Shown here: one piece after another, positions 1-9,940 of the stretch
Layout: every line of letters starts with the position of its first letter
Position numbering within the stretch: the first letter of the stretch is position 1
Source of the DNA: an uncultured Dehalococcoidia bacterium
GTDB lineage: Bacteria; Chloroflexota; Dehalococcoidia; Lucifugimonadales; UBA826
Assembly (NCBI GenBank): GCA_964602845.1
Contig: CAZRSW010000011.1
Coordinates: 1-62,917, forward strand
Length of the DNA: 62,917 nt
Reading direction: 5' to 3'
Position numbers and translations under genes: made by a program
Notes under the pieces: model-generated
Seen by the model: the letters and a program-made list of their open reading frames with translations, nothing else
What the model was told of the DNA's origin: nothing
Databases searched by the model: none

Positions 1-99
1 ATAAACTAAGAGATCCTCATCCGCTGACACGACATATCGTTCCCCCACAATCTCAATAAGCCTTTTCACTAGTGACGTTAGATTATTTTCATTTACCAT
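1..99 (-). CDS. N-terminus of a probable FAD-linked oxidase (GlcD/D-lactate dehydrogenase-like), truncated by the window edge
   Basis: Not in the ORF track. Manual translation from ATG at 99 gives MVNENNLTSLVKRLIEIVGERYVVSADEDLLVY, which resembles the usual GlcD-family start (L..IVG...V.....DLL.Y). Only 33 codons are visible. Confidence 0.55.
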   Translation of the reverse strand, partial: MVNENNLTSLVKRLIEIVGERYVVSADEDLLVY

Positions 100-215
100 G
101 TGCCTAGACCTTTGTTCACCTAAATCACAGATTACCCGCGAATGACTTGCAACCGCGTAGCCTCATTTTCCAATCCGCCCAAAAATGTCTGGGTCGATTA
201 TAACTGATTCTCAAA

Positions 216-1118
216 TTATGCCCTCGATCTTTGATAAAATTCTGAGTAATAACATTCAGAATTACCCTCGCTAAAATACGTTGCACATAAATCCATGTAT
301 TCTAAGATGGGCACAACAAAAAACGCCTCCGCATAAACCTCATCCTTTGTAGCGATATAGCGGCTGTTTGAAGCATTCACGCCAAGAACGTAGTGAGACC
401 AATTCCTTTTGCCTGCTACCGCTGTCCACTTTGACATAGCTTGTTTCTTCTGCTCAACAATATCAGTGATATCTACAACAACATTGGGCAAAATAGAAGA
501 ATATATTTGATAACCCCAGATAGATATGCCGCCAGGCTCAAAAAGTTTCCTGCTCATAGCAGCCATTAACGCCTCGTTTACTAACCTGTGTTCGTCATGA
601 TCATCCAGTAGAAATGGCAACATAATCAGATTAGGAGACATGGAGTTGATAGATTCTGCGATACTAGTTATCAATCTATTCATGTCAATTGAACCAATTG
701 GACACCCAAGAAACTGGGGCGTTATACCCATTAAGGAACATACCTCTCGGGCATTGCTTCTTATTTTTTCAATATCACCGTCAGAAGGTCTACCATCTGT
801 AACATAGACAACTTCAACCGAGCTTTTGCTTGCAAGAGCTTTTATTAAAGTCCCCCCCGCGCCGAAGGTATCATCATCAGGATGAGGCGCAATCACCAAT
901 ATCCTAGCGCCAGTAGGTGCACTACTAAGTATAGTCTGAACATTTCTGGTAAACCTTTTGGTCTCCAACACCTTTGCCGCCAATTTGATATCGGTCAACT
1001 CAACCCAATTTTTTACAGCAAACCTGTAGTCAGATACGGAGAAGTTTCTTCCTGGGCAAAAAAACTTTTTAAACCTATTCAAATACCGTATCAAAAATCC
1101 CATCCCATACCGACTCAA
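216..1118 (-). CDS. PIG-L/LmbE family N-acetyl-sugar deacetylase
   Basis: ILVIAPHPDDDTFGAGGT and D-H-D-E-H metal-binding motifs; C-terminal VDITD...KK.AM...AEAF. Confidence 0.9.
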   Translation of the reverse strand: MSRYGMGFLIRYLNRFKKFFCPGRNFSVSDYRFAVKNWVELTDIKLAAKVLETKRFTRNVQTILSSAPTGARILVIAPHPDDDTFGAGGTLIKALASKSSVEVVYVTDGRPSDGDIEKIRSNAREVCSLMGITPQFLGCPIGSIDMNRLITSIAESINSMSPNLIMLPFLLDDHDEHRLVNEALMAAMSRKLFEPGGISIWGYQIYSSILPNVVVDITDIVEQKKQAMSKWTAVAGKRNWSHYVLGVNASNSRYIATKDEVYAEAFFVVPILEYMDLCATYFSEGNSECYYSEFYQRSRA

Positions 1119-2179
1119 GATAATATCAATCCTGGCCTAAGTAAGGCCGCTCCCACTCTTTGGTTGGCCTCAAAGATCAGTCCGGAGATCAATAACTTTT
1201 TAATTAAGAGGACTGAATCAGCAGTTTTCACTACGGGGTACCCATCAGAATCAAGATCCACAACCATACCCGCCTCACCAGTGTAATTCGTTACTGCTGA
1301 CTCCTTAACTTCCCACACATATATATGCTTTCCACACAAGTTGGTTGTCAGAGCAGACTTAGGTTTATATGCCAGAGAGAGCCTCTTGATCTGACTAGTT
1401 GGCAAATTCCAATCAATACGAGCATCTTTGAGCCTCATCGGAGGGTCATAAGTTGCATCGCGCTCATCTTGCGGACTTGTCCGTTCTAGAAAACATTCTA
1501 TACCCTTGATCAATTCAATTGACATACTCATCATAACTTGAGCAGTAATCTCTTCTAGCATTCCTACCGTCCAAAACGGTTCAACCTCTATCTTTTTCTG
1601 GATCAGTACATCCCCTGCATCAAAATCATTTGTAACAAGATGCGCCGACACTCCCGTAATTCGATCTCCACATTTTATTACCCAGCGGGTAGGGGTCCCA
1701 CCTCTATGTTTGGGCAATAGGGAGGGATGTAAGTTAACAGCCGCGATACGCATAGCGGACAAGACCGATGAGGGGATTTTCCGGGGGAATCCTGCAACTA
1801 ATAAAATGTCAGGTCGGACCTTGATCAGGAAATCTTGCATCTCGTCCGTTTCTAGTTTCTCCTCGCTAATAAATGGGATCGAATAATCTGAAGCGATCTC
1901 TTGAGCACTGAAAGTTTCATTCCTATCTATAGGATGGGGAGTGCTGATGTGAGGGTACAACCCATTAATCAGCAGCGTCCTTTTAGCCCAATCTTTAATA
2001 GAATAGTAAAATGGGATCCGCAGAGCCTTGTTTGTATTGTCCCTTGAACATATCCCAACAACATCAAATCCGTTCTGGACGAGGCTGTCAGCTATGGTTG
2101 CAGCATAATACCCAACTCCCATCAATAATATTCGTTTCCTGTTGCTCATCAAGGCATCAACATGACTTGTTTTGACCAC
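1115..2179 (-). CDS. Fmt-like formyltransferase, probably a sugar N-formyltransferase
   Basis: NLHPSLLPKHRGG and FDAGD catalytic motifs, C-terminal IDWN of the Fmt/ArnA fold. Probable start at MSNRKR (about 2149). Confidence 0.85.
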   Translation of the reverse strand: MVKTSHVDALMSNRKRILLMGVGYYAATIADSLVQNGFDVVGICSRDNTNKALRIPFYYSIKDWAKRTLLINGLYPHISTPHPIDRNETFSAQEIASDYSIPFISEEKLETDEMQDFLIKVRPDILLVAGFPRKIPSSVLSAMRIAAVNLHPSLLPKHRGGTPTRWVIKCGDRITGVSAHLVTNDFDAGDVLIQKKIEVEPFWTVGMLEEITAQVMMSMSIELIKGIECFLERTSPQDERDATYDPPMRLKDARIDWNLPTSQIKRLSLAYKPKSALTTNLCGKHIYVWEVKESAVTNYTGEAGMVVDLDSDGYPVVKTADSVLLIKKLLISGLIFEANQRVGAALLRPGLILS

Positions 2180-2203
2180 AATTTCGTAAACATACAGTCT
2201 CTT

Positions 2204-3259
2204 TTATAACGTCCTCCCTCGTTTACGAAGAGAAATGCTCGTTCTCATAGCCATAGATCTCGTCCCAAATTTTTGTATGAGATTACTTCGATTAGAATGG
2301 ATGGCTCCGGATATTTTCCTGAACCCCTTTATAGGCAAGCTATCCTTCATACGTAGATCCTCGCCGAATCCTAGAGAATAGTGAACTGTAACAGGACTAC
2401 CTCCAAAGTTTTTCTTAAATAGATGCACTGGCCCATTTTCAACACTTTCTCCCATATCCAGTACAGATATCTTACGATCAACACAGGATCTCATAGCTTG
2501 CCATATCAATAACTGATTGGGCGCATACTTGTTTGTACCGCTCAAACTGACCTGCCAGGGATAACTAGCCCTGGTAGATCCAAATAAAGTAATCATTCCG
2601 GCCAGAGCCTTCCCGTCTCGATATACCACTGACAATTCCGCATCTTCGCCAAATTCCCTCAGCAAGTTATCAAAAAATATCTTTGAATGCATTGGGACTT
2701 TAAGGCCCAACATGGAATCTACATATATTTCATAAAATTGATGGAGATGTTCCTTCCCTTCTTCTACCTTCAACCTCTCCTTAATAGCCTTTCTAACCAT
2801 ATTACGGGTCTTTGACTTCAAACTATCCCATGCACCATCCATGTTTTCACTAATCGATAACTGCATAGTCTTTCTTTGTGAAGAGAAACACGTGAGATTA
2901 GAGTAAAATTCACCTGTCGTAAATTGCTGCCCATGTATCCTGTATCTCAAACAATAATCTTTGAGAAAATGAATTATCTCGCCAATACAGTCATCATCCA
3001 CGGCTATTAACCCATACCGAGTGGAAAAAATATTCTTCCGCATATAGATATCATCAGTAATATAAGTCGCGGCTATTCCCTTCATCTGACCCACTCCGTC
3101 TGAGAGATACACGAACAGTGGTTTTATTCCATAAGAATCTCTAAGGATATTTTTCCATTCGAATCGATTAAGGGGAAGACTACCTGGCATAGTATTCGAA
3201 ATACGATTCCAGTCATTTTTCTGATCATCAGTCGCTTCTATTACACGCATATTAGACAC
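2204..3259 (-). CDS. FemAB/FemX-like GNAT-fold protein (polysaccharide-associated)
   Basis: KTRNMVRKA.K..L, F..IY..SM..L..P.H...FF, APNQLLIW.AM, LDMGES...G..HLFKKNFGG. Confidence 0.8.
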   Translation of the reverse strand: MSNMRVIEATDDQKNDWNRISNTMPGSLPLNRFEWKNILRDSYGIKPLFVYLSDGVGQMKGIAATYITDDIYMRKNIFSTRYGLIAVDDDCIGEIIHFLKDYCLRYRIHGQQFTTGEFYSNLTCFSSQRKTMQLSISENMDGAWDSLKSKTRNMVRKAIKERLKVEEGKEHLHQFYEIYVDSMLGLKVPMHSKIFFDNLLREFGEDAELSVVYRDGKALAGMITLFGSTRASYPWQVSLSGTNKYAPNQLLIWQAMRSCVDRKISVLDMGESVENGPVHLFKKNFGGSPVTVHYSLGFGEDLRMKDSLPIKGFRKISGAIHSNRSNLIQKFGTRSMAMRTSISLRKRGRTL

Positions 3260-3342
3260 TATAGGATTAGAGAAACTCGTAACATTAAGCCGCCCTCAAC
3301 AACATGTCATATCTAACGATGAAATAAACAATATATATCCCA

Positions 3343-4575
3343 TTAAGCGGTCATCGATCTTATTAACGAATCGTACTCAGATATGACTTGACTTTTACTT
3401 AATCCATTCAGGTAACCATCTCTGCTATTACAACCTTTGTGTACTGGTAATTGCGGATCCTCTATGCAACATTCAATAACAGATACAAGATCTCTCTCGT
3501 CAGATACATGCCAACCACAATCCATATCGTGAATCATTCGAGCAATATCAGCATTCTCATCCATAATGGCAATTAACGGCCTACCAGCTGACATAAAGGT
3601 ATAAGCCCGTGAAGGTACTGCATATTTTTCCATACCATCTTCGAGCATAACAAAACATATATCTGCCATCAGCAATATTTCAACGAAATCTTTTTCACTC
3701 TGATAGGGTAGGAAATAGATATGCTCCAGATTGTTTAATTCAACAAACTCTCTGACAGAAGCTAAACCTTCTCCTCCACCTACGAAGAAAAATTTCACTA
3801 GCGCATTCGATTCCATTGCTTTCGCTGAGTTTAGGATGGGTTCTACCGGGTGCATGATCCCTAAATTCCCAGCCGATAACAGGACCAAATCATCTTCGCC
3901 TATGCCATACTTCATCCTAGCATTTTCACCATGGTCAGTTTCAACTGAGATCTCCGGCCTAGCCCAGACAGGGATCACTGTAATTTTCTTCTCTGATATT
4001 TCTTTATCTTCTACAATTGTCCTCTTCATACCCTGACCGATAACTACCACCCTTGAAGCCTCTCTGAGGATCCACTTACTGACTTCATTCCAAATCCAAA
4101 ACACCATTTTTGGCAACCTAATCCAATTCGTATGGATCACTATGTCAGGATGTATATCATAAAGTACATAAAGAAAGGGTATTTTGTACCGGACCGATAG
4201 GAAGACTCCTATCATTCCGACGAGTGGCGGGTTCGATAGGGTGATGATCAGATCAGGCCGCTCTTCTTTAACCGCTCTCCGCGAAGTGATCAGCGCCAAC
4301 CATAAGAATCTAATATAGCCCCAGATTCTATTACTTAGTCTAGTTCGTCCTTTCAAACCACCCAGATTAACACGCCTGACTTTGACATCACTCGTTATTT
4401 CTTCAACAGGGGCATCTTCAGAGTCTTCTTGATAGCTTGGTTGCCCACAAATCACCCTCACAGCATGGCCATGCTGGGCTAACCCCTCACAAAGTTCCGC
4501 TAATAGCTGTCCTGAAGATGCCACATCTGGAGCATAATATTGGTTTATCACCAATATTTTCTTCGCGTCCATCAT
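3343..4575 (-). CDS. Glycosyltransferase family 4 (WbuB-like)
   Basis: INQYYAPD N-terminus, DIHPD, GNLG, VPSRAYTFMSAGRP. Confidence 0.9.
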   Translation of the reverse strand: MMDAKKILVINQYYAPDVASSGQLLAELCEGLAQHGHAVRVICGQPSYQEDSEDAPVEEITSDVKVRRVNLGGLKGRTRLSNRIWGYIRFLWLALITSRRAVKEERPDLIITLSNPPLVGMIGVFLSVRYKIPFLYVLYDIHPDIVIHTNWIRLPKMVFWIWNEVSKWILREASRVVVIGQGMKRTIVEDKEISEKKITVIPVWARPEISVETDHGENARMKYGIGEDDLVLLSAGNLGIMHPVEPILNSAKAMESNALVKFFFVGGGEGLASVREFVELNNLEHIYFLPYQSEKDFVEILLMADICFVMLEDGMEKYAVPSRAYTFMSAGRPLIAIMDENADIARMIHDMDCGWHVSDERDLVSVIECCIEDPQLPVHKGCNSRDGYLNGLSKSQVISEYDSLIRSMTA

Positions 4576-4579
4576 AGGA

Positions 4580-5554
4580 TCAAATAATCTTCTCCCCGGA
4601 AATTCTAACTTGGCTCTCTATCCACCTATAAGTTATTGACAAACCTTCTGCCAAAGAATAGGAAGGACTCCATCCAAAAGCCTCACTTAGCATAGAGTTA
4701 TCACTATTACGTCCCCTCACTCCTTGAGGCTTACTTAAGTCATGTCGTTTAGAAATAGTTTTTCCTGATATTTCTGCTATTAGGTCAACTAATTCATCCA
4801 CCGTGATCATCACATCCATGCCCAGATTAAGTGGTGTTTCGATATCAGACGTTGCTATCCGATATATGCCCTCAACACAATCGTCAATATACATAAATGA
4901 TCTCGTCTGCAACCCATCTCCCCATATTTCTATATCGTCCCCGTCTCTAGCAAGGGCGATTTTCCGACAGATGGCAGCAGGAGCCTTTTCTTTCCCTCCA
5001 TCATATGTACCTAGCGGGCCATAAACATTATGAAATCTAGCAATTCTTGTTTGCATCCCGTAGTCCGAAAAATAATATTGACAAAGTTTTTCCATATACA
5101 ACTTTTCCCAACCATAACCTTCTTCAGGATCAGCGGGATATGCATCGGATTCCTTTAAGGGAGCTATATCTGCCGTTTCCTGCAGATATCCAGGATAAAC
5201 ACAGGCGGAAGACGAATAGAAAAACCGATCAACTCCGTTGAGCCTACTCGCCTCCAGCATATGCGTATTGATTAATGTGTTATTTCTCGCTATGTCTGCC
5301 AAGTAGGCAGTTATGTAACCTATACCTCCCATATCCGCTGCCAAATTATAGACGTCATCAATACCCCTGGTAGCTTGTAAGCAGTTGCCCCAACGCCTAA
5401 GATCCAGCAATTCAAATTGATCGGCGGCGGTATCCTCATACTCTGGAACTTTTATATCGACCGCCCGAACCCAATATCCTTTCTCCTTCAAATAGTTCAC
5501 AAGGTGGTGACCAATAAAACCACCCGCTCCGGTCACAAGAACTCTTTTAGCCAT
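4580..5554 (-). CDS. GDP-mannose 3,5-epimerase-like extended SDR
   Basis: TGAGGFIG, NLAADMGG.GYI, SSSACVYP, YGWEK, GGKEKAPAA.CRK, IWGDG.QTRSF and GVRGRNSDN match the GME family signatures. Confidence 0.9.
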   Translation of the reverse strand: MAKRVLVTGAGGFIGHHLVNYLKEKGYWVRAVDIKVPEYEDTAADQFELLDLRRWGNCLQATRGIDDVYNLAADMGGIGYITAYLADIARNNTLINTHMLEASRLNGVDRFFYSSSACVYPGYLQETADIAPLKESDAYPADPEEGYGWEKLYMEKLCQYYFSDYGMQTRIARFHNVYGPLGTYDGGKEKAPAAICRKIALARDGDDIEIWGDGLQTRSFMYIDDCVEGIYRIATSDIETPLNLGMDVMITVDELVDLIAEISGKTISKRHDLSKPQGVRGRNSDNSMLSEAFGWSPSYSLAEGLSITYRWIESQVRISGEKII

Positions 5555-6761
5555 GTTTGTACCCCAACCTTTTTTGACTGATCACCATCCTTATAGCATC
5601 ACAATGCGCCTTAACACAAGAATCAACAGACGCGTACTTCATGACGAACTCCCTAGCGTTCCCAGATATATATATTTTTAAATCAACATCCATATGCAGC
5701 CGTGTGACGCTATCTGCAAGTGCAAGGGGGTCCCCGGCATCCACCAACAACCCAGTTTCTCCAGCATCAACGGCCTCCGAAGTAGCCCCAACATTTGTGG
5801 CAACTACCGGTCTAGCCATTGCCATTGCCTCCAATAGAGCTGTTGAAATACCTTCCCCTATAGAGCTTTGTACATATATATCCATCAATGATAAAACTTT
5901 AGTGGAATCCTCATCATCTTGTACAAAAAATATGTCCTCCCCAACATTCATACCCAGATCAGACACAAGACACTTTAGCCGCTTAAACAATTCCTGCTGA
6001 CTATCCAAGACATTTCCCTTAATGACAAACTGGCACCCTGGCAATGCATCAATGATCTCTCTTGCAGCGACTATAAAGGTTTCATAGTCCTTTGCAGGGT
6101 TTATATTTCCAATCGTACCCACAACTGGTCTATTCAAATCAACACCTATGCCTTCAGCATACCTAGTATCATGACTACTGTAACTATACCTCTCGGTATC
6201 TACCGGAGGGAAAAAGAACACACAATTTTCAGGGGAGCTCAAGCCAGGAAAATATTTGTATATTTCGCGACCTGGCATCATCACAACGTCGCACAATAAC
6301 CTTGACCAAATACCTACCAAACTTCTTGCAAACCGAGGTATCCCAAGCCCTAGGATCTGACCTACAACCCTTTTCCCTTCAAGCTTCGCCGCTATCGCCC
6401 CATGGGGATTCTCCATCCCGTTAATTAGAACAACATCCACCGCTATTTCTTTAATCAACCTTCTTAATCTTTGGATATCGCTTATAAATGATCCCATAAG
6501 GCGGATTTGCACTAAGGGGTTCAATGTCGTTCGTAACCGGGACAGCTTTTCGGAACGGTATGGTACCCTTCGATGTTCAAAAAACTGTTCGAGATTATCC
6601 GATCCTGATGGTATCAACGTCAGAATATCAATATTGTCTTTTTCTATAACGGGCTGGATTAACAAGGCCGTATTAATCGGACCATTGTAAGCAGGGTAGT
6701 GCATAATGCTAAGAACCTTTACGGCCTCTGGATGGCTACGAATATATGTCATAAAATACAT
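5547..6761 (-). CDS. Glycosyltransferase family 4
   Basis: EGISTALLEAMAMARPVVAT.VG EX7E motif. Confidence 0.9.
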   Translation of the reverse strand: MYFMTYIRSHPEAVKVLSIMHYPAYNGPINTALLIQPVIEKDNIDILTLIPSGSDNLEQFFEHRRVPYRSEKLSRLRTTLNPLVQIRLMGSFISDIQRLRRLIKEIAVDVVLINGMENPHGAIAAKLEGKRVVGQILGLGIPRFARSLVGIWSRLLCDVVMMPGREIYKYFPGLSSPENCVFFFPPVDTERYSYSSHDTRYAEGIGVDLNRPVVGTIGNINPAKDYETFIVAAREIIDALPGCQFVIKGNVLDSQQELFKRLKCLVSDLGMNVGEDIFFVQDDEDSTKVLSLMDIYVQSSIGEGISTALLEAMAMARPVVATNVGATSEAVDAGETGLLVDAGDPLALADSVTRLHMDVDLKIYISGNAREFVMKYASVDSCVKAHCDAIRMVISQKRLGYKHG

Positions 6762-6839
6762 CTTCGCGAGAATTCATCTTGAAAATACTCCAAAATCTAT
6801 ATCTTTTAATATAACCTGACTCTCTCTATAGCGGCTCAT

Positions 6840-7994
6840 TCAAGATGTGTTTGACAACCCTATCCAATCTATTATGTTTGAGGCTCTATCCTTAATATTA
6901 TAGCTAGCAGCTATATTGGCTGAAGCCATACCCATTGCTGTGCGAAGACCTTCATTCATGGATAAGAGTTCAACAGCAGATTTCAACCCGCCGACGTCCC
7001 ATGGATCCACCAATATTGCACAAGAATCATCTAGGATTTCCAGATTTTCAGGTATATTGCTTGATATGATAGGCAGGCCGCAACCCATGGCCTCTAGTAT
7101 CGCATTTGATGAGCCTTCAGCGGCAGTAGGTAACAAAAAGAAGTCCGCAGCTCCCAACCGAAGGGGGATATCGAAGTGATTTAACTCCCCGGCAAACAAT
7201 ACGTTCTCCCCTGAGGGCCGGAGTGGCCCTTTACCTACGTAAATCATTTTTAAGCCCCTAATGGACTTTACTGCTTCTTGCACCCGCTGTGATCCCTTGC
7301 TGTCATTAAACTGTCCGACATAAATGCCGATGAGGGCATCTTCAGGAAATCCCAAGGAGGACCTCGCGGAGATCTTATCTAATGGTTTAAACATGGTCAG
7401 ATCAATAGCATTACTAAAAGTTTTCACATTGATCGGCTCGACTCCATAACGATCTATGCAAATGGTACGTATTTTTCTTGAAACCGCAACAACTTTGTTA
7501 AATTTTCTTATATGATCGGAGACAAGGCCAACTCCGTAATGCTTTTCGTACACACTAAAGTCGCTTTCACCCAATGCAACAACAGCTGGCAAAGAATATT
7601 CTTGACCTACCTGCAAAGCAGCCAATCCCCCAGAAAACAGGAAATGCCCATAAACTACATCGGGTACATATCCTAACTTCATCATTTCCCTTTGGCTTGT
7701 GAGGGCTAAACTTCTCATGGAAAGACGCAATGTAGACCCAACCCATGGGATCCATTTTGACGAATAGGACATATATTTCGGCCTATAAACTCTTATACCA
7801 TCGTGAACTCCATCCTTATCCGTAGTTCCCGATAGGTTAACCCCCCTAGTTAATGAAAATAATGGATTGGGCGCAATAACTGAAACTCCTACACCCTTAC
7901 TGTTGATGGCTTTCATCAAGTTGTGAACAAACACATTTCTTTGAGGTTCTCTTGCTGATGGGTATCCATCAGCAAAAGCTAACAACGATGGCAA
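6840..7994 (-). CDS. Glycosyltransferase family 4 (TuaC-like)
   Basis: EGSSNAILEAMGCGLPII motif; TTG start. Confidence 0.9.
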   Translation of the reverse strand: MPSLLAFADGYPSAREPQRNVFVHNLMKAINSKGVGVSVIAPNPLFSLTRGVNLSGTTDKDGVHDGIRVYRPKYMSYSSKWIPWVGSTLRLSMRSLALTSQREMMKLGYVPDVVYGHFLFSGGLAALQVGQEYSLPAVVALGESDFSVYEKHYGVGLVSDHIRKFNKVVAVSRKIRTICIDRYGVEPINVKTFSNAIDLTMFKPLDKISARSSLGFPEDALIGIYVGQFNDSKGSQRVQEAVKSIRGLKMIYVGKGPLRPSGENVLFAGELNHFDIPLRLGAADFFLLPTAAEGSSNAILEAMGCGLPIISSNIPENLEILDDSCAILVDPWDVGGLKSAVELLSMNEGLRTAMGMASANIAASYNIKDRASNIIDWIGLSNTS

Positions 7995-8002
7995 TCTACA
8001 AT

Positions 8003-9904
8003 CTAGAGCAAGTCATCGGTCGGCTTCATAGTATTATCCACAAACAAGCGGAACCAAACTTCAAGGCACACGAGTTGCCAAATTTTTAGGCTATTTTCTG
8101 CTCTTCGATCCAAGTGATCATCAACCACTTCCCTCACAACATGCCCGTTAAACATATCGGATCTCGCCGCAATTCCACCCATAACGAATTCATCTATAAC
8201 AGGTCTCCACCTATCTAGTAACCAACGAGAAATAGGCGGGGCGAATCCTTTCTTTGGATACTGCACTATGTCTCTGGGCAAATATCGAGCTGCAAGTTTA
8301 CGAAGAAGTCCTTTTTGCTTACCTCCAGGCATCTTCTGCCCAATCGGGATTGAGGATGCATATTGCACTACATCTTGATCAAGGAACGGGGATCGAATCT
8401 CCAGCGCGACGGCGTTACTAGCAATATCAGTTTTTGCCAGATAACCAGATGGCAATCTCAAATGCATGTCTATATAAGCGAGCATCTCCGCGGATGTCGA
8501 AGGGAACAAATCTCCCACAATATCCTGTAACACAGCAGTCCTGGCATCCCGTTTTCTCTGTATCAACAGCCTATCTTTCATCAAGTCCTGCCACAGAAGA
8601 TCGTTATTATATAAGGAGGTATAGTCTTGCCCAGCATATTTAAGTAATGTTCGTAACTTACCCGGAATAATTCCTTTGAGAATGTCAGAATTTGCTCTAG
8701 ATGATGCGGCATTACGTATATTCCAAGGAATCCACCCAAGGAGAGTATCTGACAAATGAGCCGCATGCACATTTTGATACCCGCAAAAAGATTCGTCTCC
8801 ACCATCACCAGTCAATACTACCGTTGTTGATTGTTTGGCTATTTTACACATTTGATAAGTCGGTAATATCGAAGGATCTGCAAACGGCTCACCGGCTAAG
8901 TAAATTAGGTAAGGCAACTCCGATATACAATCAAAGTCAGTTCTAAGAACATGGTGATTAGTACCATATATTTCTGACACTTTTCCGGAAAGACTCACTT
9001 CTATATCCGACATAGGCGAATCCGCAAAATCCACTGTAAAAGTGTTTATAGGATCCTCCGTGTGCACAGATGCAATAGCCGTAATTAACCCAGAGTCTAT
9101 GCCTCCACTGAGAAAAATTCCCGTCGGAACATCGCTCTCCAACCTTCGCACAACGGCTCCGCCTAGGATACCTTCTATGTTATCAAGGTGTTCACTCTCA
9201 GAATATCCTATTTTAGATCCTGTCATCACAGGAACCTTCCAATATTTGTGTTCAACTATGTCTGTACCCTGAAATATCACATAAGAACCCGGTTTGACCC
9301 TTTTAAATCCTGATACAAACGTGTCATCTTGATGCACATACCCAAATGAGAAATAGGATTCAAGCCCACTAAGATTCATCTCCAACTCGTCGGTGTCATG
9401 GGCATAAAGAGCTTGTAGCTCTGAAGCGAAAATAATGTTAGGACCTGCGATCTTGTAGTAGAGGGGTTTTACTCCAATCCTGTCACGAATAAGCACCAGG
9501 CTTTGAATTGCATCGTCCCATATAGCAATAGCAAACATACCCTTCAATCTTTCTAGCATATGGGTTAAGCCCCACTCTTCATAGGCATGCGGAATAACCT
9601 CAGAATCGGTGTTGGAGATAAAGCTATGTCCCTTTAATTCTAGATCCCGCCTTAACTCTTTATGATTATAGATTTCCCCGTTGCAGACAACTTGTATCGT
9701 CCCATCTTCACCTGATAAAGGTTGTCGTCCTGCCTCAGTCAAATCCAGAATGCTCAACCTCTGGTGCCCAAGGCTTATACACCCATTTAAGTACGAGCCG
9801 TTGTCATCTGGCCCTCTATGGGCAATGCACACCTTCATAGATTCGACCAATCCCACATCGACATCATGGCCCAAAGTATTGAACATGCCACAAATACCAC
9901 ACAT
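8003..9904 (-). CDS. asnB: Asparagine synthase (glutamine-hydrolysing) family amidotransferase, probably amidating a uronic acid
   Basis: N-terminal MCGICG (Ntn Cys), HRGPD, RLSILDL, NGEIYN, LSGGIDS, GDGGDE, E.RSPFLD, KKGF. Confidence 0.92.
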   Translation of the reverse strand: MCGICGMFNTLGHDVDVGLVESMKVCIAHRGPDDNGSYLNGCISLGHQRLSILDLTEAGRQPLSGEDGTIQVVCNGEIYNHKELRRDLELKGHSFISNTDSEVIPHAYEEWGLTHMLERLKGMFAIAIWDDAIQSLVLIRDRIGVKPLYYKIAGPNIIFASELQALYAHDTDELEMNLSGLESYFSFGYVHQDDTFVSGFKRVKPGSYVIFQGTDIVEHKYWKVPVMTGSKIGYSESEHLDNIEGILGGAVVRRLESDVPTGIFLSGGIDSGLITAIASVHTEDPINTFTVDFADSPMSDIEVSLSGKVSEIYGTNHHVLRTDFDCISELPYLIYLAGEPFADPSILPTYQMCKIAKQSTTVVLTGDGGDESFCGYQNVHAAHLSDTLLGWIPWNIRNAASSRANSDILKGIIPGKLRTLLKYAGQDYTSLYNNDLLWQDLMKDRLLIQRKRDARTAVLQDIVGDLFPSTSAEMLAYIDMHLRLPSGYLAKTDIASNAVALEIRSPFLDQDVVQYASSIPIGQKMPGGKQKGLLRKLAARYLPRDIVQYPKKGFAPPISRWLLDRWRPVIDEFVMGGIAARSDMFNGHVVREVVDDHLDRRAENSLKIWQLVCLEVWFRLFVDNTMKPTDDLL

Positions 9905-9940
9905 AGCGCTAAATTAACTCCTAGGCATCGGCCGCAGCTA

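Noticed and set aside
1115-2179. Housekeeping methionyl-tRNA formyltransferase fmt
   Set aside because: No FMGTP start, no def neighbour, and glycan-operon context.
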